Source of the DNA: an uncultured Acidobacteriota bacterium
Lineage (GTDB): Bacteria; Acidobacteriota; Thermoanaerobaculia; Multivoradales; SZUA-115
NCBI GenBank assembly: GCA_963805975.1
Contig: CAWDVR010000002.1
Coordinates: 992,001 to 1,056,000 of the forward strand
Length of the DNA: 64,000 bases
Direction of reading: 5' to 3'
The translations under genes were made by a program, and so were the position numbers. A model generated the notes under the pieces. The model saw only the letters and a list, made by a program, of their open reading frames with translations. It had not been told where the DNA came from and made no database searches. Positions 46,977-57,146 of the stretch are shown here, piece after piece (position 1 is the stretch's first letter; each line of letters starts with the position of its first letter).

Positions 46977-49900
46977 CGGGCCGGCTCCCGGACGGCGGCG
47001 GCGATCTCCGCCGGCGGCGGGCCGGCCGGGCCGGGCTCGAGGCTCGTCCGCCGGCCCAGCACCCGGGCCTTGGCACGCTCGACCAGGGCGTAGAGCGAGG
47101 GGATGATGAGCAGCGTCAGGGCGGTCGAGGAGACCATGCCGCTGATCACCGCGATCGCCATCGGTCGCCGGATCTCGGCGCCGTCGCCCAGCCCGAGCGC
47201 CATCGGCACCAGGCCGAGCACGGTGGTGAGCGTGGTCATCAGGATCGGCCGGAAGCGCACCGTGCCGGCGGTGACGATCGCCTCTTCGAGCGCGTAGCCG
47301 CGCTGGCGGAGCACGTTGATGTAGTCGACGAGCACGATGGCGTTGTCGACCACGATGCCGACCAGGAGGATCGCGCCCAGGAAGACGACGATCGACACCG
47401 AGAGCCCGAGGACCTGGAGCGTGAGCACGGTGCCGAAGAGCGCCAGCGGGATGGTGAACAGGATCACCAGCGGCTGGAGCAGGGACTCGAACTGCGCCGC
47501 CATGATGACGTAGACCAGGAAGATCGAGAGCGCCAGCGCCAGGATCAGGCTGCCGCGGCTCCTCTCCCACTCCTCGTTCTGGCCGGCGATCAGGAAGGTC
47601 ATGTCCGCCGGCCAGTCGATGCGCTGCGACACCTCCCGCTCGATCGCCGCGACGGCGCCGCCCAGCGAGCCGCCCGGCCCCAGCCCGTGCGAGAGGTTGG
47701 CTCCCACCACCGCGACCCGCCGGCCGTCGATGCGCCGCACCTCGCTCGGCCCCTCGGCGAGCTTCACCTCGGCCACGGCGGAGAGCGGGATCGGCCGTTC
47801 GGCACCGGGGTTGACGATCAGGTCTTCCACGTCGGCCACGGTCTCGCGGTCAGCCTCGCCCAGGCGCACCACCACCGGGATGCGGCGGTCCTTGAGATTG
47901 AAGCGGGTGGCCTCGGTACCCTTGACCTGGTTGCGAATCTCGAGCGCCACCTGCCGGATGTTCAAGCCGTAACGGGCCAGGAGATCGCGGTCGTAGACGA
48001 TCTCGACCTCCGGGGCGCCGGTCTTCAACGTGGACTCGACGTCCGCCAGCTCGGGGAGGCCCGCCATCACCTCCCGCACCTCGTCGGTGGTGCGCTTGAG
48101 GCGCGCGAGATCGTCGCCATAGATCTCGACCTCGATCGGCGTCTTGAAGGAGAAGAGCACCGGCCGCACCACCCGCACCGAGGCGTCCGGCACGGCCGCC
48201 AGCCGCCGCCGCACGCGCTCGACCACGGCCTGCTCGACCTGTGGCTCCGAGGAGTCGAGCAGCAGCTTGAAGCGCGCCGTGTGCTCGCCCTCGTCCGAGG
48301 TGCGCGAGGTCTCGGGATCGAAGCCCACGGTCAGGATCAGGGCGCGGATGTGCTGGCGCTCGGCGAGGATCGCCCGCTCGACCGGCGCCAGCGCGGCCTC
48401 GGTCTCCGCGAGCGGCGTGCCCACGGGCAGCGCCACCTCGAAGGTCAGCTCGCCCTGGTGGACCTCGGGGAGGAGCTCGCTGTCGAGCCCGGAGCCGATC
48501 GCGATCGACAGCGCGAACATCACCACCACCACGCCGGCCATCGCAGCCGGGTGCCCGACCGCCCAGCGCACGGAGCGCTCGTAGCCCTCCCGCAGGCGCG
48601 CCATCCCGGCTCGCTCCGCGCCGGCGGCGCTCTCCCCCGGCGTGCGCAGCGCCGCCACCCGCCGGCCCACCGCCAGTGCGGCGGCGCGCGCCAACCCGTA
48701 CGCCCCGCGCGCCAGCCACAGCAGGCCGAGCACCAGCGCCAGCGCGAGCTTGGCGAGGACCTCCAGCACCAGGCCGAGCACCAGCCGCAGGGCGAGATAG
48801 AGGCCGGCGAACGGCACGGCCAGGAGGCGTAGGGGCGCGAGACGCCGCCCGCCTCCCGCGCCGGCGGGTTTCACCCAGCGGCCGAGCCCTGCCATGTCCT
48901 GGCGCAGGGCCGCGACGCTGCCGAGCCGAAAGAGCGAGCGCCGCGCCAGCACCGGGCCCGGTCGCGCGCCGCCCGCCGGCAGCTCGAGGCCGCGGCGGCT
49001 CGCCAGCATGGGCACCAGGTAGATCGCCACCACCATCGAGGCCAGCAGCGACACGGTGACGGCCAGACCGAGGTCACCGAACGCCTGACCGGCGATGCCC
49101 TCGACGAAGACCATGGGGAAGAACACCGCGATGGTGGTCAGCACCGTCGAGATCACCGCGGCGCGCACCTCGCGGATGCCCCGCTCGGCCGCCGCCACCA
49201 CGTCGTCGCCCTCTTCACGGCAGCGGAAGATCGACTCGATGACCACGATCGAAGCGTCCACCAGCATGCCGACGCCGAGCGCCAGGCCGCCCAGCGACAT
49301 GATGTTGAGGCTGGTGCCGGCGAGCTGCAGCGGCGCGAAGCTGATCAGCAGCGAGACCGGGATCGACACCGCGACGATCAGCGTCGTCCAGGCGTTGCGG
49401 AGGAAGAGGATCAGCACCAGGACCGCGAGGATGGCGCCCTCGATCGCCGAGCTCTTGACCTCGTCGATCGAGCTCTCGATGAAAAGCGAGCGGTCCGCCA
49501 CCACCGCCAGCGTGGCACCTTCGCTGCGGTAGAGCTCGGTGGCGAGGCCGGCCGGCTCCTCGCCACCGGGACCGGAACCGCCCGGCCCCCATCCCCGCTT
49601 CGGGGCCGGGGCCGTGCCGGTATCGCGCGCCGCCTCGGCCGCCGGGTCGAGCTTGCCCAGCCGCTCCTTCACCCGCGACGCCAGGTCGACGATGTTGGCG
49701 TCCGCTTCCTTGAAGACGTCGACCTGCACGGAGACGCCGCCTTCCGTGCGGGTGAGCATCTGCTGCTCCTCGTGCGACCACGAGACTTGGGCGAGGTCGC
49801 GCAGCCGTACTTCCCGGCCGCCGGTGCTCGCCACCACGGTGTCGCGGATCTCTCCCAGGTCCATGTACTCGTTGAGCGTGCGCACCATGTACTCGGTGCG

Positions 49901-50596
49901 CCCTTCCTTGATCGTGCCGCCGGCGACGTTGACGTTCTCCTGCGCCAGCCGCGTGGCCACGGTCTCGACCGCGAGGCCGCTCCTGCGCAGCTTGTCCTCG
50001 TCGATCGCCACCAGGATCTCTTCCTCGAGGCCGCCGCGCACCCGTACCGCCGCCACTCCCTTGATCGGCTCGAGAGCGCGCTTCACCTCGCGATCGGCGA
50101 GGCGGCGCAGGCGCCGCAGGCCCTCCTCGCCCGCGAAACGGTCGCCGCTGCCGGCGAGCGACAGCTCCATCACCGGGTCGAGCGAGGGGTCGTAGCGCAG
50201 GATCAGCGGCCGCTCGGCCTCGTCGGGGAGAAAGACCAGGTCGAGCTTCTCGAGCGTGTCCTGCGCCGCCTCGGACATGTCCGTGTCCCAGGCCAGCTCG
50301 AGCACCACGTCCGAGACCCCGGCGCGGCTCACGCTCGAGATGCGGGAGAGGCCGCCGATCACCCCCAGGGCCTCTTCGAGCGGCCGGCTGATGTCGTTCT
50401 CGACCTCCTCGGGCGCGGCGCCGGGGTACTCCGTGCGGACGGTGAGCGTGGGGTAGGACAGCTCCGGCATCAGCGCCACCGGGAGCTGCTGCAGCGAGAA
50501 CCAGCCGAAGACGACGGTGGCGACGGTCACCACCAGCACCGCTACCGGCCGGCCGGTGACGAAGCTCGCGGGGCGGGGCGGCGCCGCCTCAGGCAC
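46973..50596 (-). CDS. RND efflux permease (AcrB family)
   Basis: YPGAAPEEVE, GMLVDASIVVIE, GIVVDNAIVLVD, RFRPILMTTLTT. Confidence 0.93.
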   Translation of the reverse strand: MPEAAPPRPASFVTGRPVAVLVVTVATVVFGWFSLQQLPVALMPELSYPTLTVRTEYPGAAPEEVENDISRPLEEALGVIGGLSRISSVSRAGVSDVVLELAWDTDMSEAAQDTLEKLDLVFLPDEAERPLILRYDPSLDPVMELSLAGSGDRFAGEEGLRRLRRLADREVKRALEPIKGVAAVRVRGGLEEEILVAIDEDKLRRSGLAVETVATRLAQENVNVAGGTIKEGRTEYMVRTLNEYMDLGEIRDTVVASTGGREVRLRDLAQVSWSHEEQQMLTRTEGGVSVQVDVFKEADANIVDLASRVKERLGKLDPAAEAARDTGTAPAPKRGWGPGGSGPGGEEPAGLATELYRSEGATLAVVADRSLFIESSIDEVKSSAIEGAILAVLVLILFLRNAWTTLIVAVSIPVSLLISFAPLQLAGTSLNIMSLGGLALGVGMLVDASIVVIESIFRCREEGDDVVAAAERGIREVRAAVISTVLTTIAVFFPMVFVEGIAGQAFGDLGLAVTVSLLASMVVAIYLVPMLASRRGLELPAGGARPGPVLARRSLFRLGSVAALRQDMAGLGRWVKPAGAGGGRRLAPLRLLAVPFAGLYLALRLVLGLVLEVLAKLALALVLGLLWLARGAYGLARAAALAVGRRVAALRTPGESAAGAERAGMARLREGYERSVRWAVGHPAAMAGVVVVMFALSIAIGSGLDSELLPEVHQGELTFEVALPVGTPLAETEAALAPVERAILAERQHIRALILTVGFDPETSRTSDEGEHTARFKLLLDSSEPQVEQAVVERVRRRLAAVPDASVRVVRPVLFSFKTPIEVEIYGDDLARLKRTTDEVREVMAGLPELADVESTLKTGAPEVEIVYDRDLLARYGLNIRQVALEIRNQVKGTEATRFNLKDRRIPVVVRLGEADRETVADVEDLIVNPGAERPIPLSAVAEVKLAEGPSEVRRIDGRRVAVVGANLSHGLGPGGSLGGAVAAIEREVSQRIDWPADMTFLIAGQNEEWERSRGSLILALALSIFLVYVIMAAQFESLLQPLVILFTIPLALFGTVLTLQVLGLSVSIVVFLGAILLVGIVVDNAIVLVDYINVLRQRGYALEEAIVTAGTVRFRPILMTTLTTVLGLVPMALGLGDGAEIRRPMAIAVISGMVSSTALTLLIIPSLYALVERAKARVLGRRTSLEPGPAGPPPAEIAAAVREPAR

Positions 50597-51697
50597 CGGC
50601 GCCTCGGGACTCGAGCACCCGCACCAGCGCGCCTTCCTTCAGGCCCGCCTGGCCGGCGGTGACCACCCGGTCGCCGGGGGAAAGGCCGGTGCCGGCGAGC
50701 CCGGGCGCCGGCTCCACGTGCTCCTTGTCCTCGAGCACCGGGCGCAGCAGCACGCGCTCGACGCGGCTCTCCTCGCCCAGCTTGTAGACGAAGACCTGAT
50801 CGTTGTCGTAGACCAGCGCCCGCTTGGGCACCAGCAGGGCGTCGCTGCGGGTGGCGGTGACCAGCTCCACGTCCACGAACATGCCGGGCTTCAGGCCCGC
50901 CGTGTCCGGCAGCGCCACCGTCACCTTCACCGTGCCGCTCTTGGGGTCGACGATCGGCGCCAGGCGCTCCACCCGCCCGCTGTAGACCGCCTCGCCCAGG
51001 GCCGCCGAGGAGAGGCGGGCGAGCTGGCCGTTCTTCAACCGCGGCAGCTCCTTTTCCGGCACGTAGACGCGGGCCACGATCGAGCCGAAGTCCACGATGT
51101 CGAACAGGTGCTGGTTGACCATCACGTGATCGCCCAGGCTCACCAGCCGCTCGGTCACGGTGCCGGAGATCGGCGCCCGCACCTCGGTGTAGGAGAGCTG
51201 GCGCACCCCCTCCTCCTGGGCGAGCTTCAACTGCTCCAGCTCGTAGGTCGCGTTGTTGAACGCCTGCTCGGAGATCATCTGGCCCTCGTAGAGGCGCTCT
51301 TGGCGCTCGTACTCGCGGGCCGCCCTGGCGAGCTGGCTCTCGGTCTTGGCGAGGGCGTTGCGCTGCTCCTCGTCCTGCAAGCGCAGGAGAAGCTGGCCCT
51401 TGCGCACGGCCTGGCCCTCCTCCACCATCAGGTCCCGTACCTGGCGCGCCGCCTGCGAGTAGACCGCCACCGACTCCTCGGCCTCGAGGTTGGTCGAGAA
51501 ACGCAGCACCGCTTCCATGGCGCCGCGCTCGAGGGCCGCCACCTCGACCGGCACCGCCTCCTCCACCTTCGGCTCGCCCGGCTTTCCGGCCTTACGTTCC
51601 TCGGCGTCGGTCGAGCCGGAGCAGCCGGAGCGACCAGGAGTAAGAGACCAGCCAGCGCGGCAAGCCCCCGAGCGATGTTTCTATGGACTCTGTTCAA
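50589..51697 (-). CDS. RND periplasmic adaptor (MFP) lipoprotein, one frameshift near 51630
   Basis: VEEGQAVRKGQLL, VRAPISGTV; TTG start after GGGAGA and LLLV..GC lipobox restored by adding one base. Confidence 0.85.
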
Positions 51698-51762
51698 GGG
51701 TTTTCTCCCAGCAAGGACTTGCGATACTCCCACCCTACAGGAACGATGGCCTCGGGGACTTC

Positions 51763-51789
51763 TTACGTCCCGGGCAGGGGGCATGTTGC
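51763..51789 (-). promoter_or_regulatory. ECF-sigma-like promoter
   Basis: GCAAC-N17-CGTAA upstream of the RND operon. Confidence 0.4.
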
Positions 51790-51795
51790 GTCGCG

Positions 51796-51981
51796 TCACC
51801 CCAGCCCGCGCACGAAGACCACCACCCCGGTCCCCAGGAGCACCAGCGCCACCAACGTCGCCGCCGCCGCCCACCAGCCTGCCTTCTCGCCTTGGACCTC
51901 GCGGGCCATCCAGTAGGCACAGCCGGCGGCCAGGGTGGTGAACAGCACGAAGAGGAAGACGGCGAAGACCGGGGATCTCAT
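51796..51981 (-). CDS. 61-aa two-TM membrane protein
   Basis: ATGA overlap with fadJ stop; two hydrophobic helices. Confidence 0.65.
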   Translation of the reverse strand: MRSPVFAVFLFVLFTTLAAGCAYWMAREVQGEKAGWWAAAATLVALVLLGTGVVVFVRGLG

Positions 51982-54125
51982 GTCTGCCGGTAGAAGGTGC
52001 TGCCGGAGGCGGCCATGCTCCGGAGCAGCTCCGTCGGCCGGAAGCGGGTGCCCAGCCGGTCGGCGTAACGCTCCAGGCGATCGACGATCCGCGACAGGCC
52101 CTGGCGCTCGGCCTCGCGCAGGATACCGCCGCGGAAGGCCGGAAAGCCGAAGCCGAAGAGCACCCCGATGTCCACGTCGATGGGGTTGCCGATAATCCCT
52201 TCCTCGAGGGTGCGCGCCGTCTCGTTGAGCATGGCGAGGAAGCAGCGGTCGGCGATCTCCTCGGCTGCGATCTCGGCCGGCTGCCAGCCGAGGAGCGGGT
52301 ACAGCGAGCGGTCGACCTTCTTCGCCTTGCCGCTGTAGAGGTAGAAGCCCCGGCCCGACTTCCGGCCCAGCCTGCCGGCGGCCACCAGCTTCTCGAGCAC
52401 GGCCGGCGCCTCGATACGCTCGCCGAAGGCGGCGCGCATCACGCCGCCCACGTGCAGGCCGATGTCGAGCCCCACCTCGTCCATCAGCGCCAGGCCGCCC
52501 GCCGGCCAGCCCCAACGGGTGAGGGCGGTGTCGATCTGCTCGACGCTGGCGCCCTCGGTGAGGCACCAGGCGGCCTCGTTCAGGAAGGGGGCGAGCACCC
52601 GCGTGGTGAAGAAGCCGGGGCCGTCGCCGACCACGATCACCGTCTTGCCGAGCTGGCGGCCGATCTCGACGGCGGTGGCCACGGTCATCGGCCCCGTCTT
52701 CGGCTGGCGGATCACCTCGAGGAGCGGCATCTTGTGGACCGGCGAGAAGAAGTGCATGCCGACCACGTTCTCCGGCCGGCGGCTGACGCGGGCGATGTCG
52801 GCGATCGGCAGCGTCGAGGTGTTGGAGGCGAAGATCATGCGCTCCGGGGCCACGGCCTCGACCTCGCGGAGCACCGCGTGCTTGAGGTCCAGGTCCTCGA
52901 ACACGGCCTCGATCACCAGGTCCACGCCGCGGAAGGCCGCGAGGTCGGTCGAGCCGTGGAGGCGGGCGATCGCGGTCGCGAGCTCGGCCCGGGGGAGCCT
53001 CCGGCGCTTGCCGAGGTCGGCGAAGAGGCCGGCCGCCTGCTTCATGCCGCGGCTGAGCGCCGGCAGGTCGCGGTCCTTGAGCACCACGGAGACGCCCTTT
53101 GCCGCCAGGGACTGGGCGATGCCGGCACCCATGAAGCCGGCGCCGAGCACACCCACGCGCGCCGTGCCCTTGCGGATCGCGGGCCGTGCCGTCTCCGCCA
53201 GCTTGGCCGCGCGCGCCTCGACGTCGTTCTTCATGAAGAAGATCGCCATCAGGTGCTTGGCGGCCGGGGTGACCACGAGGCGGGCGAAAGCCTCAGACTC
53301 CACCTCGAGCCCGCGGGGCAGGGGCTTGGGCAGGCCGCTCGCCATCACCGCCACGGCCGCCAGCGGCGCCGGGTAGTGGCCGCCGGTCTTGGCCTGGATC
53401 TCGCGGCGCGCCTTGGCGAAGACCAGCGCGCCCGCCACCGGCACCTTGGCGAGAAAGGTCACGGCGCGGGCCCCAAAACCCACCAGCCGCCGGCGCGGCG
53501 GGCGACGCCCCAGGAGCCCGACCGCGGCGCTCTCCAGGTTGGCGCGGTGACAGGTCTCGTCGACCAGGCCGAGGCTCCGGGCACGGCGGGCGTCGATCGC
53601 CCGGCCGGTGGCGATGAGGTCGAGGGCCGCGGGCACCCCGATCAGACGGGGCAGCCGCTGGGTGCCGCCGAGCCCGGGGATCAGTCCGAGCTGCACCTCG
53701 GGCAGGCCGAGGCGGGTCTCGGGGGCCTCGGTGGCCACCCGCCAGGTGCAGCCGAGGGCCAGCTCCAGGCCGCCGCCCAGGCAGGCGCCGTGGATCGCGG
53801 CCACGGTGGGAAAGGGCAGGCCCTCGAGACGCCCGAGGAGCGCGTGCCCGCGTTTCAGGAGACGAGTGACACCCTCCGGGTCGCTGAAGCCGGCGAGCTC
53901 TTCGAGGTCCGCACCGGCCACGAAGCCGGCCCGCTTGCCGGAGAGCAGCACCAGCCCGCGCGGCGGGTCGGCCTCCAGCTCGGCCAGATGGTTCTCGAGC
54001 CAGATCAAGGTGCGGCTCGACAGCGTGTTGACCTTCTTGCCCGGCTCGTCGAGCACCAGCCAGGCGATGCCCTCCTGGTACTGGAGGCTGCCGGCGGCGG
54101 GAACGCCCGAGGCGGTGGTGGTCAT
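51978..54125 (-). CDS. fadJ: fatty acid oxidation complex alpha subunit (FadJ/FadB)
   Basis: FVAGADL, GGGLELAL, PEVQLG; GAGFMGAG, SNTST, GMHFFSP. Confidence 0.9.
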   Translation of the reverse strand: MTTTASGVPAAGSLQYQEGIAWLVLDEPGKKVNTLSSRTLIWLENHLAELEADPPRGLVLLSGKRAGFVAGADLEELAGFSDPEGVTRLLKRGHALLGRLEGLPFPTVAAIHGACLGGGLELALGCTWRVATEAPETRLGLPEVQLGLIPGLGGTQRLPRLIGVPAALDLIATGRAIDARRARSLGLVDETCHRANLESAAVGLLGRRPPRRRLVGFGARAVTFLAKVPVAGALVFAKARREIQAKTGGHYPAPLAAVAVMASGLPKPLPRGLEVESEAFARLVVTPAAKHLMAIFFMKNDVEARAAKLAETARPAIRKGTARVGVLGAGFMGAGIAQSLAAKGVSVVLKDRDLPALSRGMKQAAGLFADLGKRRRLPRAELATAIARLHGSTDLAAFRGVDLVIEAVFEDLDLKHAVLREVEAVAPERMIFASNTSTLPIADIARVSRRPENVVGMHFFSPVHKMPLLEVIRQPKTGPMTVATAVEIGRQLGKTVIVVGDGPGFFTTRVLAPFLNEAAWCLTEGASVEQIDTALTRWGWPAGGLALMDEVGLDIGLHVGGVMRAAFGERIEAPAVLEKLVAAGRLGRKSGRGFYLYSGKAKKVDRSLYPLLGWQPAEIAAEEIADRCFLAMLNETARTLEEGIIGNPIDVDIGVLFGFGFPAFRGGILREAERQGLSRIVDRLERYADRLGTRFRPTELLRSMAASGSTFYRQT

Positions 54126-54135
54126 GAGTGGAGCC

Positions 54136-54552
54136 TCAGAGCTGGTACAGCATCCAGTAGACGACCACGCCCGTCACCGAGACGTAGAGCCAGATCGGCA
54201 ACGTCCAACGGGCCAGAGCGCGGTGGCGGTCGAAGCGGCCGCGCAAGGCCAGGCGCAGCGTGAGGATGGCCAGCACCGGCACCGCGGCCGCCAGCACGGT
54301 GTGGGTGAGAAGAATCGACAGATAGAGGGTCCGCACCCAACCGGTGCCCTGGAAGCGGACCGAGCCCACCTGCGAGTGGTAGAAGAGGTAGGAGGCCAGA
54401 AAGAGTACCGAGCAGCCGAAGGCGGAGAGCATCACGGCGCGGTGGGCCCGCACCCTGCCGCGGCGGATCAGCCCGTAGCCCACCACCAGCAGCGCCGCCG
54501 CCGTGGCGTTGAGCGCGGCGTTGACGGTGGGCAGGTCGCGGACCTCGAGCAG
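54136..54552 (-). CDS. DUF420 family membrane protein (apparent CTG start)
   Basis: LPTVNAALN, HRAVM, FLASYL.YH, WLYVSVTGVVVY. Confidence 0.85.
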   Translation of the reverse strand: MLEVRDLPTVNAALNATAAALLVVGYGLIRRGRVRAHRAVMLSAFGCSVLFLASYLFYHSQVGSVRFQGTGWVRTLYLSILLTHTVLAAAVPVLAILTLRLALRGRFDRHRALARWTLPIWLYVSVTGVVVYWMLYQL

Positions 54553-54563
54553 ACGTCCCCCCT

Positions 54564-55187
54564 CTAGCCGCCGGGCTCGGTCAGCAGCGCCTCGAGATCG
54601 GCCAGCAGCCGCTTGACCTGGGCCTTCTCGAAGGCGTCGTAGTAGCCCCGGATGCCGCCCTCGCGGTCGACGAGCACGAAACGCGTCGAGTGCACGATCG
54701 GCCCCTGCTCCTCCGGCGCTCCCTCCGTGGCCCGGGCCACGCCGAGCTTGAAGCCGTCGACCGACAGCTCCCAGATCGCCTCGCGCGTGCCGGCCAGGAA
54801 CAGCCAGTCGTCCCCCGCGCCGTAGCGCGCCGCGTACTCCGCCAGCACCTCGGGAGTGTCGTAGTCGGGATCGACGGTGAAAGAGACGCGGCGCACGCCT
54901 GGAGGAAGCTTGCTCCCCAGCGCGGCCATCTCCTGGCTCATCTTGAGGCAGGGTCCGGGACAGCGGGTGAAGATGAAGTCCGCCACCCAGGGGGCCGTGG
55001 AGAGACTGGCCAGCGTCACCTCGCGGCCGTCGCGGTTCACGAGCACGAAGCCCGGCAGATAGCTGAGCTTGGGCGGCGGGGAGGGGATGGGCTGGCCCCT
55101 CTTCCACAGCGCCAGTGCCGTCGCCGACCCCAAGGCCACGGCGAGCACCCCCCAGAGCAGGGCACGCGTCCATCCGCGGTTGGCCAT
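54564..55187 (-). CDS. SCO family copper chaperone
   Basis: FIFTRCPGPC, VDPDYDTP, HSTRFVLVD. Confidence 0.93.
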   Translation of the reverse strand: MANRGWTRALLWGVLAVALGSATALALWKRGQPIPSPPPKLSYLPGFVLVNRDGREVTLASLSTAPWVADFIFTRCPGPCLKMSQEMAALGSKLPPGVRRVSFTVDPDYDTPEVLAEYAARYGAGDDWLFLAGTREAIWELSVDGFKLGVARATEGAPEEQGPIVHSTRFVLVDREGGIRGYYDAFEKAQVKRLLADLEALLTEPGG

Positions 55188-55194
55188 CGGCGGC

Positions 55195-56106
55195 CTACGC
55201 CAGCAGCCGATCGACGACCATGGCGCCGAGGACCGCTGGCAGGTAGAGGACCGAGGCGAGGAGCAGCCGCCGCGCGGCCGGAACCGAGGTGTCGCGAGCG
55301 AAGAGGAGGGAGCACGCCAGGTAGCCGAGCCCCAGCGCCAGAGCGGCGAAGAAGTAGAGCGCTCCGGCCAGGTGGAGGGCCGTGGGCAGCAGGGAGACGG
55401 GGATCAGGGCCGCGCCCCAGAGGATCATCTGCTGGGCCGTGCGGCGGCCATCCGGGTCCTCGACGGTGAGCATGCGGAAGCCGCCGCGGGCGTAGTCGTC
55501 GCGGTACATCCAGGCGATGGCGAGGAAGTGCGGCATCTGCCAGAAAAAGAGCAGGCCGAAGAGCGCCCAGGCGCCCAGCTCGATCTCGCCCCGCGCCGCC
55601 GTCCAGCCCATCATCGGCGGGATGGCGCCGGGCACCGCGCCCACCACCGTCGAGAGCGAGGTCCAGCGCTTCATCGGGGTGTAGACGAACACGTAGCCCA
55701 CCACCGTCAGCGCCCCCAGGCCGGCGGTCACGCCATTGACCTGGGTGAGGAGTGTCACGAGACCGAGGATCACCAGGCCGACCCCGAAGGCGAGGGCGCC
55801 GTCCGGGTCGACACGCCCGGAGGGCACCGGCCGGCCGGCCGTGCGCCGCATGCGCGCGTCCCACTCCCGCTCCAGCACCTGGTTCAGGACCGAGGCTCCG
55901 GAAGCGAGGAGCGCCGTGCCGAGGAGAGCCCAGAAAAGGAGCGCTCCGGCGGCGCCCATCGGGGCCGCGGCACCACCGGCGAAGAGGAAGCCCGCCGCGG
56001 CGGTGATCGCCACCATGCTCGTGATGCGGGGCTTGGTCATCTCCAGCCAGTCGCCAAACCGCGCCCGGGCGGCGGGCCGCGCACCCGGCGCCGGAGGTCC
56101 GGTCAT
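55195..56106 (-). CDS. cyoE: protoheme IX farnesyltransferase (heme O synthase)
   Basis: TKPRI, NQVLERE.D..M.RT..RP, YTPMKR, WQMPHF. Confidence 0.93.
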   Translation of the reverse strand: MTGPPAPGARPAARARFGDWLEMTKPRITSMVAITAAAGFLFAGGAAAPMGAAGALLFWALLGTALLASGASVLNQVLEREWDARMRRTAGRPVPSGRVDPDGALAFGVGLVILGLVTLLTQVNGVTAGLGALTVVGYVFVYTPMKRWTSLSTVVGAVPGAIPPMMGWTAARGEIELGAWALFGLLFFWQMPHFLAIAWMYRDDYARGGFRMLTVEDPDGRRTAQQMILWGAALIPVSLLPTALHLAGALYFFAALALGLGYLACSLLFARDTSVPAARRLLLASVLYLPAVLGAMVVDRLLA

Positions 56107-56315
56107 GGCAGGCGCGCTCAGACGGCCTCCGCGAGGACGGAACGGAACGGGATGACGGCGAGGAAGGCGAGAGCCATGGTCGATGGGCGCGTGGGAGCTT
56201 CGGACAGGCGGCCCGCGCGTGCAAACGTGCAAGCGAGCAACTGGCGGGGCCGACCGCGAGAGTGTATCTCACGTAGGGCGCCCCGGCTGGCGCGGCGGCC
56301 GGCGCACGGGGGAGA

Positions 56316-57086
56316 ATGACGCCCGTGTTCGGCTTCGACGAATGGCTGGCGGCCCGGGGCGGCAGCGGCGCGCTGGCGCTGCTGGTTGCGGTCCTTCTCG
56401 GCCTGCGCCATGCCACCGACCCCGACCATCTGACCGCGGTCTCGACGCTGGTCCTCTCGGACGAGCGCGAGGGCACACGGCGCGCCGGCCGGCTCGGGCT
56501 CGCCTGGGGCCTGGGGCACGCGGTGACCCTCTTCCTCTTCGGGCTGCCGGTGATTCTGTTCCGACGCTTCCTGCCGCCCGTGGTCGAGACCGCGGCCGAG
56601 GTCGGTGTGGGGGTGCTGATCGTGGTTCTGGCGGCGCGGCTCCTGCTGCGCTGGCGCCGCGGCAGCTTCCACTCCCATCCGCACGCGCACGGTGACGTAG
56701 CGCACGCCCATCCGCACGCCCACGAGCTCGCCGCCGGAGCCAAGCACGGCGGGCAGCACCAGCACGCGCACGCCGAGAGCCTCGGGCGCTCGCCGCTCGC
56801 CGCCTTCGGCATCGGCCTGCTGCACGGCGCCGGCGGCTCGGCGGCGGTGGGGGTGCTGCTGGTGGGCGCCGTCTCCGGCCGCGCACGCGGCGCCCTCGCG
56901 CTGGTGCTGTTCGCCGTGGCGACCGCGGCGTCGATGGCGCTGGTGTCCTCGGCGGTGGGCTACGCGCTGGTACGCGGTCGCGCCACGCGTCGCCTGGAGA
57001 GCTGGGTCCCCGTGCTCAGCGTCGCCGGAATGCTCTTCGGCCTCTGGTATGCGGTCGATGCGCTGGGCGGTCTGCCGGGGCACTGA
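56316..57086 (+). CDS. NiCoT/UreH-like nickel-cobalt transporter with His-rich loop
   Basis: GLRHATDPDH, WGLGH, HSHPHAHGD..HAHPHAH, GLLHGAGGS. Confidence 0.85.
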   Translation: MTPVFGFDEWLAARGGSGALALLVAVLLGLRHATDPDHLTAVSTLVLSDEREGTRRAGRLGLAWGLGHAVTLFLFGLPVILFRRFLPPVVETAAEVGVGVLIVVLAARLLLRWRRGSFHSHPHAHGDVAHAHPHAHELAAGAKHGGQHQHAHAESLGRSPLAAFGIGLLHGAGGSAAVGVLLVGAVSGRARGALALVLFAVATAASMALVSSAVGYALVRGRATRRLESWVPVLSVAGMLFGLWYAVDALGGLPGH

Positions 57087-57146
57087 GTCCTGCTCGAGGT
57101 GCAGCCAAGCCAAGGTGGCTTGGGTCGGTATATCCTTCGACCCGCG

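Noticed and set aside
42846-47570. 1574-aa RND ORF
   Set aside because: N-terminal extension is a shadow of the upstream gene and the C-terminal run-on results from the frameshift at 44072
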